Source of the DNA: Azolla caroliniana
Taxonomy: Eukaryota; Plantae; Polypodiophyta
NCBI GenBank assembly: GCA_043228905.1
Contig: JBHGNT010000008.1
Span: forward strand, 18,166,001-18,230,000
Direction: 5' to 3'
Length of the DNA: 64,000 nucleotides
The notes below the pieces were generated by a model. That model was not told the DNA's origin. It was given only the letters and a program-made list of their open reading frames with translations, and did not search any database. Below, one piece after another: positions 27,201 to 41,757 of the stretch (position 1 is its first letter; each line of letters opens with the position of its first letter). The translations under genes and the position numbers were made by a program.

Positions 27201-30200
27201 AGTTGGATGGGCGGGGGGGTGGGAGAAGGGGAATGCGACTGCAGGTTATGGAGAACTCACAGCTTCGATAACATAAGAGAAAACTGCTCTATACTCTAAT
27301 GGCATTCCGATCTCTACTATTCTTTTCCAAAGCTCAGTCCTTGGTACATCGTCAAAGGCTTTCTTAAAGTCCACAAATAATATAGCATTTTACCTTGATG
27401 TCATCTTTCATCCATAATTACTCTTAGTTCTGGGGCTGTCACCCTCCAACAGTCTTGTCATGATATTCCTTAAAGATTGCACAACAACAGGATCGATCAC
27501 TTTGAGCGAACCATCACTACATTGCTTCCAAGATGCCAAGGCATTCAAATTCATGATGTTATTCCTATATCAATGACTCTAATTCGAGTCTTGGCCATGG
27601 ATCATGGATCACAAAAGATTTAGCTTCAACTATTCGAACCTCAAACATCACAAAACACACATTTACATAACCCAGGGCAACTTTCAGGTTTATTTAGTAC
27701 TTGTCCACTTCCTATTAGCCTTGGCCACAATCCATGGCTCACAATAGACTTAGCTTTAACTATTCGAGCCTCAAATATCACAATACTCATATTCACATAA
27801 CCCTCATCATATTCTGGTATAGAAGTATTAAATCATTCAAGAACTTGGTCAGCAATAGCAATTCATAATCAACTAGCCCCTCCCTAGTGAGATAAGTGTA
27901 CATTGAGTTTCAACCCATACTACTATCATCCTTCGCAAAGTAGACAAGGGATACCAAGCTTGCAGACACGTGGCCAACAATTCAGGGATTTTCATACTGG
28001 CTAACACTTGACAATGTACTTTTCACATTCAGAGTCATATTTCTCAAAGAAACATTAATACATAACTTCTAAAGCCAAATTTGGTCCAACTTCTGGACAT
28101 CTAGAAATGTAAGTGGTGGGATCACAGCATGGATTGCTGGTTCCAATTTGACACCGTTTCTGTCCATGCAATGATCACCATTAGATACCAGCCACATGCT
28201 ATCAATATTTTGTTACCTGGAGTAAAAACGACGCTTGATTCAAATCTAGCTCGTCACATTTTTGTCGATTATCATGCGATAGTTCAGGGTTTGTGCATAC
28301 AGCTCCACTCACAGAGATAACAGAGACATTGATTAAAAATGCTATAAACAAGGCAAATCCGCTCTCAACTAGGTAGAATCTGCAAGCATCCTGCACAGAT
28401 GTCAAACGTCAGGCAGTTCACAATTGTATTTTATTTATTTCTTTATGTTATTTTAAAGGGAGAAAAGAGCAACCTTGATTCCTCGAATTGTCCTTGGGGT
28501 TTTTCTACTTAATACCAATGCAGAATGCAAGAAAAGGTTATGTCTGGAAATATCACAACATTTCAAGAAATCAGACGTCAACACATAAATTAACATTCAC
28601 CATACTTTTTGGTCTAATTTATACTGTTAACCCCACATATTGAAGAAATCTGAAATATTTAGGGGCTTGTTTCAAAACACTTGAACTGATTTTGATCATC
28701 AGGAAACAGATTTGTTATTAGGAACAGAAGAACGTGAAACAATCTTGAGTTGAGAGCTCAGGTTGTATAATAACCTGGAAAGGGAGGCGCAAAACGAGCA
28801 AGAGAGGATATATCTACTAAAGGCAGTTCTGGGGGTACAATGGTTTCAATGCTCAACATTACAGAGATTGATGGCATCTCAAACAGGGAGATCCAATGTC
28901 CAAAGGACAGGTTCCTAACAATATAGAAAGAAAAAATATATTAACTTCTTTAGTAGCTCTGGTTAAACTCATACAGAACCGAACTGTTAAGGTATGGTTT
29001 AACAGTTTTATAGGTTTTAAAAATAATTTAATAGTTTGTTGAGTTTTCAACTATTATTAAATGGTTTGGTTAGGTTTCTATTATGAATAAATGGTTTGGT
29101 TTTAGTTTGGTTTAGTTCTCAAACTAAGGTTTATTGGTTTATCGTCGTAAGTGGCTCAGTTTAAATGATTTATCAGTTTCTGCTTTTCTTTATTATGTAC
29201 TTAATAGTTTAATATTTTAATTAACTTAATGATTTTTTATGTTTAATTATTTAATTAGTTTAACTTACATATATTTAAATTTAATGTTCATTTCATTTAA
29301 TGATTTTTAATTTAATGTTCTTTTTTTGTTTAATTAATTTGACTTTTTGGTCTAGATTTATGATTAAAAGGTTCAGTTTGGTTTCAATTTTTCTTTAAAT
29401 GGTTCAGTTTCACTTATCCCTTGAGGGTTTGGTTTAAATGGCTTGATAGCTCTCAAACAGTTTGATTTGGTTTTTGTTATGTATAAATAGATCTGTTAGG
29501 TTTCAAGGCCAAGAAACCGAACTGAACCGAACCGAACCAGGCCCATACGTGGTCTTTAGAAGACCATAGTAGATTATTATACCTAAAAAAGATTACAACT
29601 GTTTACGTGAATCATCAGCGTGAGTAATGAAAGAAAAGATTTTTCTACTCTAGCTTCGGAAAACTGAACATCTTGAACATACGTAACCATAGGTGACTGA
29701 AACTAATCAAGTTCAGTGATGATTGCTGGAACGGCAGTTCCTGCCTTCTGAATATGCAAAACATAGGGTTATTCTATATAGGAAGGTCAGCAAGAGATAA
29801 GGATGGTCTCTCCAACTAGGAATCAGCAACGGCTCGGCTCAAGCCTGAATTGAACCGTTAAACCATTTTTAAATGCGTTGCCGGTTGCCAGTTCGGTTTG
29901 GTTCAGTTTAGGCTTAAGTTTCCTAAACCGGTTTGAGCTCAGTTTGGGATGGCTCAAGCCGACTGAACCAATTTGGGCTAAACCGGTTAAGGCTTAATCA
30001 GCTTGGCTAAACCGAGTCCTAAACTGGTCTAGTCTTAACCGGTTTGGCCAAACCGGTTAGCCTTAACAGATTTAGTAACCGATTAAGGCTTAACCGGTTT
30101 AGTTTGGACAAGGCTAAACCAGTTAAGCCGAAACCGAACTGTTGCTGATTCCTATCTCCAACACCATTTGATGATGGCTTTGAACTTATGAAGATATGCA

Positions 30201-33200
30201 AATCAAGGTCTTGGCCCAGGCTGGTGTTAGTGAAAATCCATCACAAAGAGCAATGGCACTAACTATCACCCCTCCGAGAGACAATTGTACAGCTTATTCA
30301 TCGCTTGAGAAATTAGTTCATATTCATATCAATTGATCGAGCCTCTGAGGTCAAAGAGAGGGTATATGAAAAGCATGTACAGCTTACAAACGAGATGCTG
30401 AAAATATTCCACCCATAACAAGACTATTTTACCATTCAATGCATTGCAATGGGCTACTAAGTGGTTCATTTACATATTACTCAACTCACTTTGAAACATA
30501 TTCTATAGGCCATTGTACATAGAGTTCTTCTATAAAATAGATAATCAATGAACACACTGTACAGTACATGGAATCCATGAATAAACTTTACAGTAATACT
30601 ATCTGTTTATGCACACACAAGACGGAAGTGCAATGAAAATGTTGTATTATTGAAAAGAATAAGTGACCAATAAGACCAAAAGTTATATTCATGTGAATCT
30701 TATTGAATATCTGGTGAAATCAAGCTAAATTGTAGTGAACCTAAACTAGGTAACTAACCTACGTAACTAGGCTATAGTTAATGTACCAGGGCGCAGGGGA
30801 AAAACAAAGAGAAACATTTGAAAAAGGAAAAAAATGACCCATTTTTTTGAAAAGTAAGTGCATTTCCAGATGACCATGTTATGAACAATACAGTTTACAC
30901 GTGGGATCTTGTTGTAGTAAATTTGAAGCTGCATAAACATTTCAGACTTGTTTAGAGGCCCTGAAAAGCCTTCTCCTGGAAGAAATGTAAAAATGGTAAT
31001 TCCAGCAATAGAGGAGCCTAGTAGGAGGAGCCTAGTAGTAACATCAATAGTAAACCCATATGCCTTACAAGTTTCAACTTACAAGAAGATATCACATCTG
31101 AAAATATTGTACTGTAAATGAAACAAAGGATATATGTGAGTATTTTTTAAGTATGCGTATGAAATAAACAAGAGACGTAGAGAGTGATTTTTTAAGTACA
31201 TGGGAGACCAAAACATGATCTATGGGAGGAGATGGAACATATGGTGTGAGCAGCAAACTTTGATACTCTTAATTAAACGACCTTTAATACTACAGTGTAA
31301 ACCCTCAAGCCTACAGACAGGAAAATATAATGAAGTTACGGTAATGAGGCCAAAGTTCAACTACACGACCTTCAAGATGTAGAAAACAAATTGCCCTCTG
31401 TGTAGCCAATTAAGAATATATATGCAGGTCAGTTGGTAAAGTTATCTGGGAATCAGGAAATTGTCCATTCAACCCCAACATTTGGCAGTCTCATCTAGTA
31501 AATGGGTGCTGTTTGGGTGATTCAAACCCTAGTGCATGCGTTAATAAAAATATGGCTTACCACTAGTGAGCAACCCTAAAAGGGAATAGAAAAAGTGCAT
31601 TAGCATGTGTTATCCTTCACCCTGTATTTAAGGGAAATGTTTGCCAGTCCTTTTTTTTTTAAGATCATTTATACAAACCAATGCAATTTGAATATTATTC
31701 AAAGCTTGGTGTTTTCTTTTGGATAATGTATTTATGTTTCTTAATGCAGAGAGGTTAAGTTCCTCTTATTTCAAGAATCATATTGCCAATGTGATGCCTA
31801 TACATTTTATATAAGAAAGAGATACTGACAGAGTGTGAGTCTGGGTGTGTGGTTTGTGAAAAGAAATGATGTTTTACAAGGATATGTGTGTATATTTATA
31901 TGAATTAATCAAATGTAACATGGGTGGATACATACGGCATAACCATAGCTCCAAGCAACGAGATCGCAAGTCCAGTAGCACCATCTCCATTTAGCTTAGG
32001 TATGAACATCCCTTTCACCACTTCAGTTGCCGATGGTTTTGCATAGGCAAGCTCTGCAAAAAAGCATCCTGCCATAGTGAAAACTAGGAGAGCAATCAGC
32101 ATCTCCAGTTTCCTTACCTAGCCATATAAAGCACAAGGATATCAAACTTCATTTAAAGTATTTGTCATTTGCAAAACAAGAATATCTCATTACCCTATCA
32201 GCAGCATACATACCCCATACTGTTGTAAAGCAAGAAGTATCAATGTGCTAAGCCCCGTAAGGAGAACCCCAGACCAAATAGGAATGCCAAACAGCAAGTT
32301 CAAAGCAAAAGCTGTGCCTAGAACTGCACATAAGACAATCATTATACTTAACACAAATGTTGATGCTTAAAAAGAAATCATTAGGGATATAAAACTTTTA
32401 ATCCAGGATCATAAGCAAATGAGAATCTCTACGAAAATCCCATTAAAACATTTGAATCTAGATAATAGGGCTTAGATGCTAGATAAACTATACTAGAGGC
32501 CCAAGATGTGGCTGTGGGACCAGTGTTCTTTTCCTATCAGAGGTCAACATAATCACTTTTAGCATTGCCATTATTTGGCATAATGGAAAGTACATAAAGT
32601 CCAACTCTATCACCAACAGAGGGATTTACCTTATAAAGACATAGAATATGCCTCTGATAGAACTAGGGGGGCTTTCATTGCCTTTGATATGGTTATCTAT
32701 GCTTGCATAGAGGCATAAAGGCTATATGAGAAGGAGATAGTAGGATATCGCATGCCAACTTATACGTATTCTTTGTGTCATAACTGGCTCCTGTAAAATT
32801 TGATCATTTCTTTGCATAACTTAATGAACAGAAAAGTTTATTGCACCAAGTTTCCTATTACATCAATACATTGCTTCTGAGTTCAATATTTACCCTCTGG
32901 GATATCACTTGCTACTATTGCGATCTCCGCAGCTATCCAGAGGCAAAAATTTACTTTCCGTGGATATTCAGCCCTACAATGTTCAGCTAAGTGTTTTCCT
33001 GCAAAAGCACAAAACTTAGGGCATGCATGCCTGTTTTATCAAAGATAATCTGCATAACACATGCCTAAACTACAAGAAACAAATCAGATCATCCATAAAA
33101 ATTGAACTGTTTATTCATATTCACTACAGATTTCCTTGATGTCAAAGCTAATCCCTTTCACAAACTTGACTGACATAAAGGAATTCTAATATTTAATCAA

Positions 33201-35957
33201 AATACCATTGAAGACTTTATGTGACCTTTCTACATGTGATATACTGACTGCATGATAATTGACAGTACTTACCAGTGACAACTCCCAGATTTGCAGCAAG
33301 AGATTGAATCAATAAGGCAGCACAAGACGCTACCAAAATAATCCACAGGAGCTGCAAGGGGAAAGACTTCTAATCAGCAAAAGTTTACTCCTCTATTTAC
33401 TTGTAAGTTGAAAAGTAAAGCATACATGATGCATGCATAATAGAAAAAAGACAGGAACTTCAGATGATCAAATTGTAGCAGACATCATAGGAAACTTCAT
33501 GAGATCAAAACCAACGTCACATGGCCTCAGAGAAGTTATGCTCATCCCTATGACATTTCCATTTAGGATATGTGGAGCTGGAGATAATCAGAGGACGGCA
33601 TTTTGGTTCCAGTGAGCCGAGAAAGTTTTTGATATTGGCTACTCATATTCGAGCAATTCATTTTTCAGAAGCTAGTTTCAAAATGCAATTTCTTTTCACG
33701 AGTTACCATAAGCAATGGTAATCCTCGTTAAGGCTCAAAGGCCATTATAAACCACTATCCCCATACATGTGTTTTTGCCATCATCATCATATTGCTCCCT
33801 TGTGAACTTCTCTTTAATGTCCATCCACTCTCAAACACATCCACATAGTGGACGATCTTTGTTCACACATGATAATCGCAGATTCAGGTCTTTATGTTGG
33901 CAAACAGGTAACCAGGTGGGAATGCAATATTGTTGCTTTCAGTCACAATATATCTCATAACTATGGCAGAGTACAAGAAAAGGAAAAGTTGCAGCTTTTG
34001 TTTTTGTAAGTTTCTTGATTCCAAAAACTCTATTCAGGGCCTTCATTCATTTGTTTATTGAAGCTACACTATGGATTAACAAATCAGCTCTTTGTCTAGT
34101 TTGATAAGAAAGTATAGCTCTCTCTTTTCTTGTTTCTGACCTTGGCTAGATAGTTTTCTGTTTTTCAATAATTATTGAATCTCTAGCATATTTCAATTGG
34201 ACACAACTATATTTCATCTTCTCACATTAAATTGTTCTAAGGAGACAATTACAACTAATTGAAGCTTTGTCACAACATAGAAACATGCTGAATATTATGT
34301 AAATGATGATGCCCACAACAACATTACCTCATACTTATATTTTGCTCCAGCTTGCAGATCACTCTCAACTGCCAAAGAAGCACAGCACAAAAAATGAGAT
34401 GATCCAAAATTCACAATACACAATGAATGATCCTTTTTGTTACAGTTTACTTACAATTCCCTGGATCAATGTATGCTATAGCAACTAGAAATCCAGGACC
34501 AAGATAGGCAAGAAGTGTCTTAAATCCTCGTTTCTGTATAGACAATACAACCATCCAAAAGTAGTCAGTTATTCTACATAAAATCCATTGGGCATTACTG
34601 GATGAGTGTATCTTCCTCATCAACAGGGTAGCTTAAACATTGATAAGCTCTATGTATACAAAAGGATCTGCATCCACAACACGGATAAACTATGATCATC
34701 ATTCACCTCCCCCACAGACTTTTGCAACTGTCACGAATCTATAACTTTGTTTATTTATGTGCTTTATCCATGATGATAGTCGATCAATATGATGCAATAT
34801 TTGTCTCAAAAAGAAAATGGGACAGATTTTTTTCATGCAATGCAACAGTTTCCATGAAGACAAGTCGGTTTGACTAGAAAATGAATCTATTTTTATTGGA
34901 GTTTAATCACTTAGAATTCAACAGACATAATAATATCTTTTGCCTTTTATTTAGATTTTATGTATGGCATCCTCCTATTTGTGATTACAATTCTATAACA
35001 ATTACTTTAACTTCCTTATGTACATCATAGATCTATTGTGTCTCATAGGTCGAAATAAATTTTCACTACCAAAATACGTGAATAACAGAACACTCTTCCG
35101 TTTTTCCCTATCAGACATCTATAGGTTCCAAAATTCACATAAAACGTGTAAAGTGATTTATTTCACAGCTCACATATAGCTTCGGATGAAAATTGGAAAT
35201 GTGCGAATAAAAGCCTTTCTTACTTTTAGGAAATGTGAGCAGAAACAAACTTTCTTCCTTTCAGAAACATCAGAACATGACCTTTCTTTCTTCTATTACA
35301 TTATACCCTGAGATGCAGAAAAACTTCAGAACTCTCTTACTTTCCTTCTTTCTTTCTTTTATTTATTTCTTTCTATCTGGCTTTCTTCCTTTCTTTCTTT
35401 CGTTCTTTCTTTCGAGAACGTAATATTATTCGTCTGTGTCGATATCATGAGATGATAGCATGACACCTTAAGCTGCAAAAACTTCAGAACTTTCTCTCTT
35501 CTCTTTCATCCCAAGTTTTTTCTTTCATTTATTTATTTATTACTCTTTCCTTCCTTTCATTCACAAAAGGTGGCATTCTTCGTCTGTTTATAAACAAAAC
35601 AATTGCATGAAACCTGAACGTTCAAAAAACCTTTCTTTCGGGAAATTCATCCGTATCACATACAACACATGATCACATGCTGCTACCTTTGAGGTACAAA
35701 AAAAAATCAAAAATTGTCTTCCGTTCCTTTCTTTTGGCAGAAGGAAATTGTATTTCTTCGCCTGTGGCCCAATCATAAGGAATACACCTTAAAGGTGCAG
35801 ACAATTTCGCAACTTCCTTTATTTCTGATTTCATTCCGAATTTCTGTGAGAAAAATGTGGCAATTCTTCGCCTCTCTTACTGTCTTGGCATGGGAGAAAG
35901 ACATACCTCGGGTACTGAGACTTGGTAAAGGCTAGCAGACTCCATATTGTTACTCAT
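24270..35957 (-). CDS. NRAMP: NRAMP-family divalent metal (Mn/Fe) transporter, NRAMP1/NRAMP6-type, 13 coding exons, 528 aa, intact
   Basis: Exons (minus, 5'->3'): 35957-35907, 34533-34455, 34368-34328, 33351-33273, 32998-32894, 32323-32214, 32117-31936, 28543-28474, 28390-28217, 26578-26474, 25052-24921, 24816-24721, 24632-24270. All introns are GT-AG with consistent phases; total 1587 nt. Motifs: [66 protein letters not shown]. Confidence 0.96.
27180..27430 (-). pseudogene. Small LINE RT remnant in a NRAMP intron
   Basis: Minus strand reads [12 protein letters not shown] at about 27343-27378, similar to the 19145-19720 fragment. Confidence 0.6.
28960..29545. mobile_element. AT-rich AAACCG/GGTTT-type MITE remnant in NRAMP intron 7
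   Basis: gaaccgaac/ggttt motif clusters flank a very AT-rich core; boundaries and TSD unclear. Confidence 0.45.
29817..30154. mobile_element. hAT-type MITE in NRAMP intron 7
   Basis: Perfect 14-bp TIR taggaatcagcaac / gttgctgattccta; perfect 8-bp TSD tctccaac at 29809-29816 and 30155-30162; AAACCG subterminal repeats. Confidence 0.93.
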
Positions 35958-35982
35958 GTCGTTGGAGCCTCCGTGATAAGAG

Positions 35983-36009
35983 CTAGGTCAAAAGAAGCAG
36001 AAGATCCAT
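35983..36009 (-). promoter_or_regulatory. Candidate upstream ORF (MDLLLLLT*) in the NRAMP 5' leader
   Basis: ATG GAT CTT CTG CTT CTT TTG ACC TAG ends 25 nt before the NRAMP ATG (35957), in a pyrimidine-rich (CT)n leader-like region. Transcription start is not known. Confidence 0.5.
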
Positions 36010-36403
36010 GCGAAACGGGAGCGGTAAGGAAGAATGAAGACGTCCACGAGAAGAGAATCAGAAGATGAATGTGTGAATGGATGTACAGAGGAGGCAAAAT
36101 CTGCAGAAGAAGCCGAAGGAGGAGATCGAAGGGGGCCAAGCTGCCTTCAGCTGCAGAAGGTGACAAGAGAGAGAGAGAGAGAGAAAGAAAGAAAGAAAGA
36201 CGGGAACAAGAAGAGCACAAGAAGATTTCTTATATCAGAAGAAAAAGAAGAAGGAAAGAAGGAAGAAGAAATGCTTGACTAAAGGACTAAAGGACTTCTT
36301 CATTATTCTTTTTTTTTTCCATCTATATTCATTATATATGATCCATTCTTCATTATTAAAAACCATGAATGATTCTCCTTAGGCCTTCCTGTCAGTTGCT
36401 AAA

Positions 36404-36790
36404 TGGGGGGGGGGGGGGGTTGTGCCTGACACTTGTTGTCCGGTCTACCAAGCTGGCCGGACAAGACGGGACGTGTGGGCCCGCAGGACGGGATGGCACA
36501 TGTCGGTCACATGGGCCAGACAGATGGGCTGGCAGCACGAGATGGGATAGCATGGGCCGGCGTGTTCGGCCTGTTGAGCAGGTGGGATAGGACGTGCCGG
36601 CATGTTGGGCAGATGGGATAGGACAGGCCGGCATGCTGGGGCAAATGGGATAGGACAGGATGGCCGGACACACTAGACAGGAAAGATAGACCGAATGAGA
36701 CGGAACGGGACGGTCCAAGCAAACATATGAACGGTACATGACAAGATAGGTCGACCGACTGCCCAGACAGAGACAACCCCTTGGGCATCA
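36404..36790. repeat. Poly-G followed by GC-rich imperfect repeats of about 31-40 bp (gggataggac..ggccggcatg)
   Basis: Four gggatag-initiated units at about 36543-36670, directly upstream of NRAMP; probably a TE terminus. Confidence 0.55.
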
Positions 36791-37260
36791 CTTTGTCCCC
36801 TTGTTAGCCTTCCATGTGCTCAGCACACGCATTCACCCTTTCAGATGATATGTTAAGTTAATTGTTATGTTCCCCAACACACATGTCTCTCCCATGTGTT
36901 TCGCCCTTGCCATTTTCCCTGCATTAAGTTCTCGCCCAATTGTCAACAGCATATAATAGTCTCTCCTTTGTCTCTGGCCCTACTAGATTATTTGGACCAT
37001 GTCTAAATAATAATAGAAGCACTCTCCTTTGTCTCTCTGTATGTCTTGTCTCAAGATGCTCTTCTCTTGAATGAAGAGAGTGTGTATCTTGGACACATGT
37101 CTTGTTGCTATCTCACTCACCCTCTCTCTCTTTGTACTCATTTATTTCGTACAGGCCACCTTCCATAGTCATGTTTTAGTCTACTCAAATGCTACAAATA
37201 ATGTCCTCCTAGAGCTTGTGTTTGAGGTTCACATCTTGGTGATCGAGTCTCGTGCTACAT

Positions 37261-37632
37261 CATAGTTGTTAAAAAATGCATATTCTACGTTTAGACTATG
37301 TTTTAGAATACTTTGAAGTATTCGACATGTATTCTACGTTTTAGAATTACCGTTTTATAATATTTCAAGTATTCTATGTATTTAACAAGTATTTTAAGTT
37401 TCCAAAAAGTTTAAAAAAATAATAATAATCGAAAAAAGAAATTTAAAAACTTTGATTTTTAAGAAGTATTTAAAGCATTCTACACATATTTAACGTTTTT
37501 TTTTTCCAAAAATATATTTAACGTTTTTTACTTGTAAAATAAATATTCTACGTATTTGAAAAAAAGGTAGAATACTTAGAATAAGTATTCTACATGTATT
37601 ATATGCTAATTCTTAAGTATTCTACAACAATG
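37261..37632. mobile_element. Probable hAT-type MITE
   Basis: Imperfect TIR catagttgt.../...acaacaatg; candidate 8-bp TSD tgctacat / ctctacat; repeated tattctac motif in an AT-rich interior. Confidence 0.55.
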
Positions 37633-39839
37633 CTCTACATGCCCATCGATTAGTCACGCCATTGTAATAAACAAGCCTTCAAACATTATCCACTTCCACT
37701 TTTACCTTATGTTGATAATAGGCGGTTCGATCATACAAATGTGCATAGAGAATTATGTTCAACCTCTATCTACATATCAAAATGTGATACTGCTAGAGGA
37801 AGAAATTGAGCATCATGGACATGTGATTTTTGAGGCACTTTTGCTTTCTATTACAAATCTCCCTTTACACTTTATGGAGTCTCGTTTGGTCTAGTGAAGC
37901 ATTACCAGTAGTTTCCTTGAACATATCTAAAGTTCAAATCCCCCACGTTCATTGCTCGTGCTCCACACATGTCACGTCCCGCTCAAGCCCTAATTGACAT
38001 CTTTATATAATTTGTCCTTTTCCCTTGCATTACATAGCCAAATATATGTCGAATAATCCCATCATCCATGCCTATAGCTATCTATATATTGACTTTTATG
38101 ATCGTGACATGGTTGTCCTTTTGTTATTTGTCTCCGCATTTCGAGACTTGATTCTCACTTTTACTTGCAACATCTCTATGATTAGAAATTCAATATTTAA
38201 TGATTTATGCTATCTCTATGATTGTATACTAATCTCTATCTTTCTAATTGCTTCATTGATTTATAGGATTTGCGTTTGAATGTAATTGTAAACCTTCTCA
38301 TCGTGGTGTTTGCATTGTCGCTTTCGCATCCAAATATTCTTTTGATTTCTTCTTGGGTATCAAACACCTTCGTGAAAATCACGATGATGACCATGCCTAG
38401 CTTGTTATATGCTTTTCTTCTTTCTTAATACTAGAATCTAGATGCTCCCTTGTCATTAAACTTTATATGCGTGGTTATCCAAATGCATAAAGGAGAAGCA
38501 CATTGATACATGTGGAGGTCAATGGGGCTCCATCAGACAAAACAATATCTTGTTCACTCGTTCATAAAGTGCAAATCACCCAACACTAAAAGTAGAGACA
38601 TAAACAAAAATAAATTTTACATTCAACAAGAGTCAGTGTAATTCCTATCCGAATGAAAAGGGAAATTATCAAAATACCATGCCAATTGTTTGAGAATGAT
38701 CAAATGAGCATTTCTTGTAGTAAAACTAAATTGATACCAAATTAGTGTAATAAAGTGAAGTGAGTTTATATGAAACAAACTATTGTATTTTGACACCCAT
38801 TGATGCAAAATTACTTCTTTCAAAAGCCCAAGGGTAAAAGTAACCCCCAAATTTGTTCGGCATTTGTGTTTCATAATACTATTTGGATATATATTAGTCT
38901 TTTGCAAGAAGTGGCACACACATACAAATTTAGCTTTGTGAGAAGATAATAGACTTAGTAATCTAGAGATTCGAATTTCTTGAATATACAACTAACTCTA
39001 GATGTATCAATCCAATGGCATGAGTCAAGGAGGCTAATTCTACGAACTTCAAAAGTGCCCCTTTATGCAAACTAAAAAACGTCGATGGTGAACATCGTCA
39101 TGAGATCACTAACTAAAGCGATATTATGGACCCTAACTCCCAAAACCTTATAGTCTCTTTGACAAGTTGGAATGGCTAAAAAGTTGGATAAAGTGTTCAA
39201 ACAAATGGCACGCTTAGAAACATACCTATGAAACATTGACACTAAACTCAAAGGCCAAGGAAAAGAGTATCATAGGAAGGAGACACATATCAAGAACACA
39301 TGTATACTTTGGTCCCATAGGTCAAAATTGGCCTCTTTATGGACGATAAAAATTCTAATTCTATCAAGCTATCAACAATTTTGTGTGTAGACTAGAGGGA
39401 ATTAAACCTCTACACCTACCTTGCTGACTTTTAGTGTTCTTTTGCTTGCATTTTTATTTTTAGTTTACACTTTGTCTCCCACCTCCTTAGAATGACCTCC
39501 TTCACCTCTTTCTGTTGTTATAGAAGCTTATTGTTGTTGCAAAGTTACACTCGTGCATGTGAAATGTGAGCAGGGCCACTAGAGGCTTGAGCTAGGGAAT
39601 ATGGGTTTGATGGTCAAGTTGTCGAATATATTAATCCTTTTATCTGGAATTTGCATCAATTCAATAGTTTCGCGTGGGTAAATATGAATTTGTATCCAAG
39701 CTTGTGTTACATTTGCATGTGCAAGTGTGTATATTCATGTGTAGGTTTAAGTATGTGATTAAGTGTATGTCTCTATATAATAGTTATGGTATATGTGTGT
39801 GACAATCACCTTCTTCTCCTTGATACCTATTGTTCGTCC

Positions 39840-39897
<58 letters not shown>

Positions 39898-40323
39898 TGG
39901 TGAAAACACACAATTATATCAATAAATGTGTGTAAAAAACACTACTTACAATGGGTGTGACAATGGAGTATGGTCACCCACTAAGTATTGTCACTACGTG
40001 GGTACTGGAACATGTTGAATTGCCAATAAGCAACACGAACACTCCACTGAGGAAAGAATTTCCACTTGCTCCAATAAAGAAAATTGCCACATTAGTACTC
40101 ACTTCAACTTTCGTAGATATGCTTTCACTTCATATCTACCATCCAATACAAAAGCGTTGCGCATGTTCCAATTATGACGCAATCCCCAATATCTTAGAAA
40201 TAGAAAAACGATCTCCATTTATGATTTTGGGTCAACCTATGTAAATTGTGCAAACACCCATTGTCTAGGTGTCAAAAAACACCATGATAAAACTTACCAA
40301 ATTTGAGAAATGTAACTCCAAAT

Positions 40324-41706
40324 CTAATAAGCAATCAGACATTGTATAAATCGATGAGTACTATCTTCCATTTGAACAGGGCAAAAAAAGCAATTACCCA
40401 GTGCTAGTCCACGACGCTTTAGAGCTAATCCCAAAGGCAATCCTCCAATCAAAACTCTCCAAATGAAGATTTTTGCTACAAGTGGCAATTTAGAATGCCA
40501 ACTACGTTGTAAGATCCTGTCCAATATAGTTTTATTGCAGGTAGGAATATATTGCTTAATGTGTTGAATGTTCAAATGGCCATGGATTATGCTCAAAACA
40601 CTCATCAAGAATTGATTATGGTGCAATTAGATTTGGAGAAAGTTTATGATCATGTTAATTGGTCCATTGTTTCTGGGTTAATGCATACAATGGGCTTTGG
40701 ACCTCGTATGTCTCACCTCATATTTTTACTAGGACAAGATGTGGTGAGTAATGCTTAATGGGGGAGTTACATTAGATATTGCCCTCACAAGATCCATTCG
40801 TCAAGGATGCCCTCTTAGCCCATTGTGGGTCTACACCTTCCGTCTGGAGGGCAACTAGTAGCACAAGCTTTGGCTGATGATTCTTTCATGTTTCTACAAG
40901 CCTCACGAGAGAATCTTGAGAAGGGGATGCTTGTATGGAACCAATTTGCATTGGCTTCCAGATTACATATTAATTGAAGGAAGTCTAGTCTCATATCATG
41001 TACTAAAAGGGATTTGGAATGTTTAGGATGACAATGATCCATGGTGAAGAAAGGCCGTATTTTTCAACACTTGGGTTATCCATTAGGAATGAATGTTACA
41101 AATGCTCAATTGATTGAATGGATGTTTAGTAAGTTGAGGGATAAGTTCATGTATTGGAAGTCACAATCTTGCCCATTTCATGTACGCTTGAAGGTTGTAC
41201 AATGTATTATGGAACCCATGATATTATACTACTTGCCATTGTTGCCATGGACAAAGAAGGGTTTGCATTTTGTTTTGCAACCTCTTCGATATTTGTTGTG
41301 GAAGAAGCAGGATAAGATGGGAATCACTTGGGTTGCGTGGAATCATCTAGCAACCCCTAAACGCTTGGGGGGGAGTTGGAATATTGAACTTATTGTTAGG
41401 AAATAGGTCCTTATGGATGGGAAGAGTACGAGTCGAACGAGTAGAGTTTTGATAGGAAATTCGGTCAAGGCCGAAATCGAAAATTGAAAATCGATACATC
41501 GAATAATCGATTTAACAGTCGGTTCGGAGGCTATATTTGTAAATAGACATAAATGTTGTATGTGTATATATACATCTAGGGCAACCATTAGTTGTGTGTG
41601 ATATTCATTATATTTGTAAATAGCCATAAATGTTGTGTGTGTATATATATACATCTAGGGCAACCATTAGTTGTAAGTAGTTACTGGTAACAGTGGCCTC
41701 TGTAAC

Positions 41707-41757
<51 letters not shown>

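Noticed and set aside
38623-39400. Possible DNA-transposon coding remnant
   Set aside because: Too degraded; no diagnostic motif could be read.
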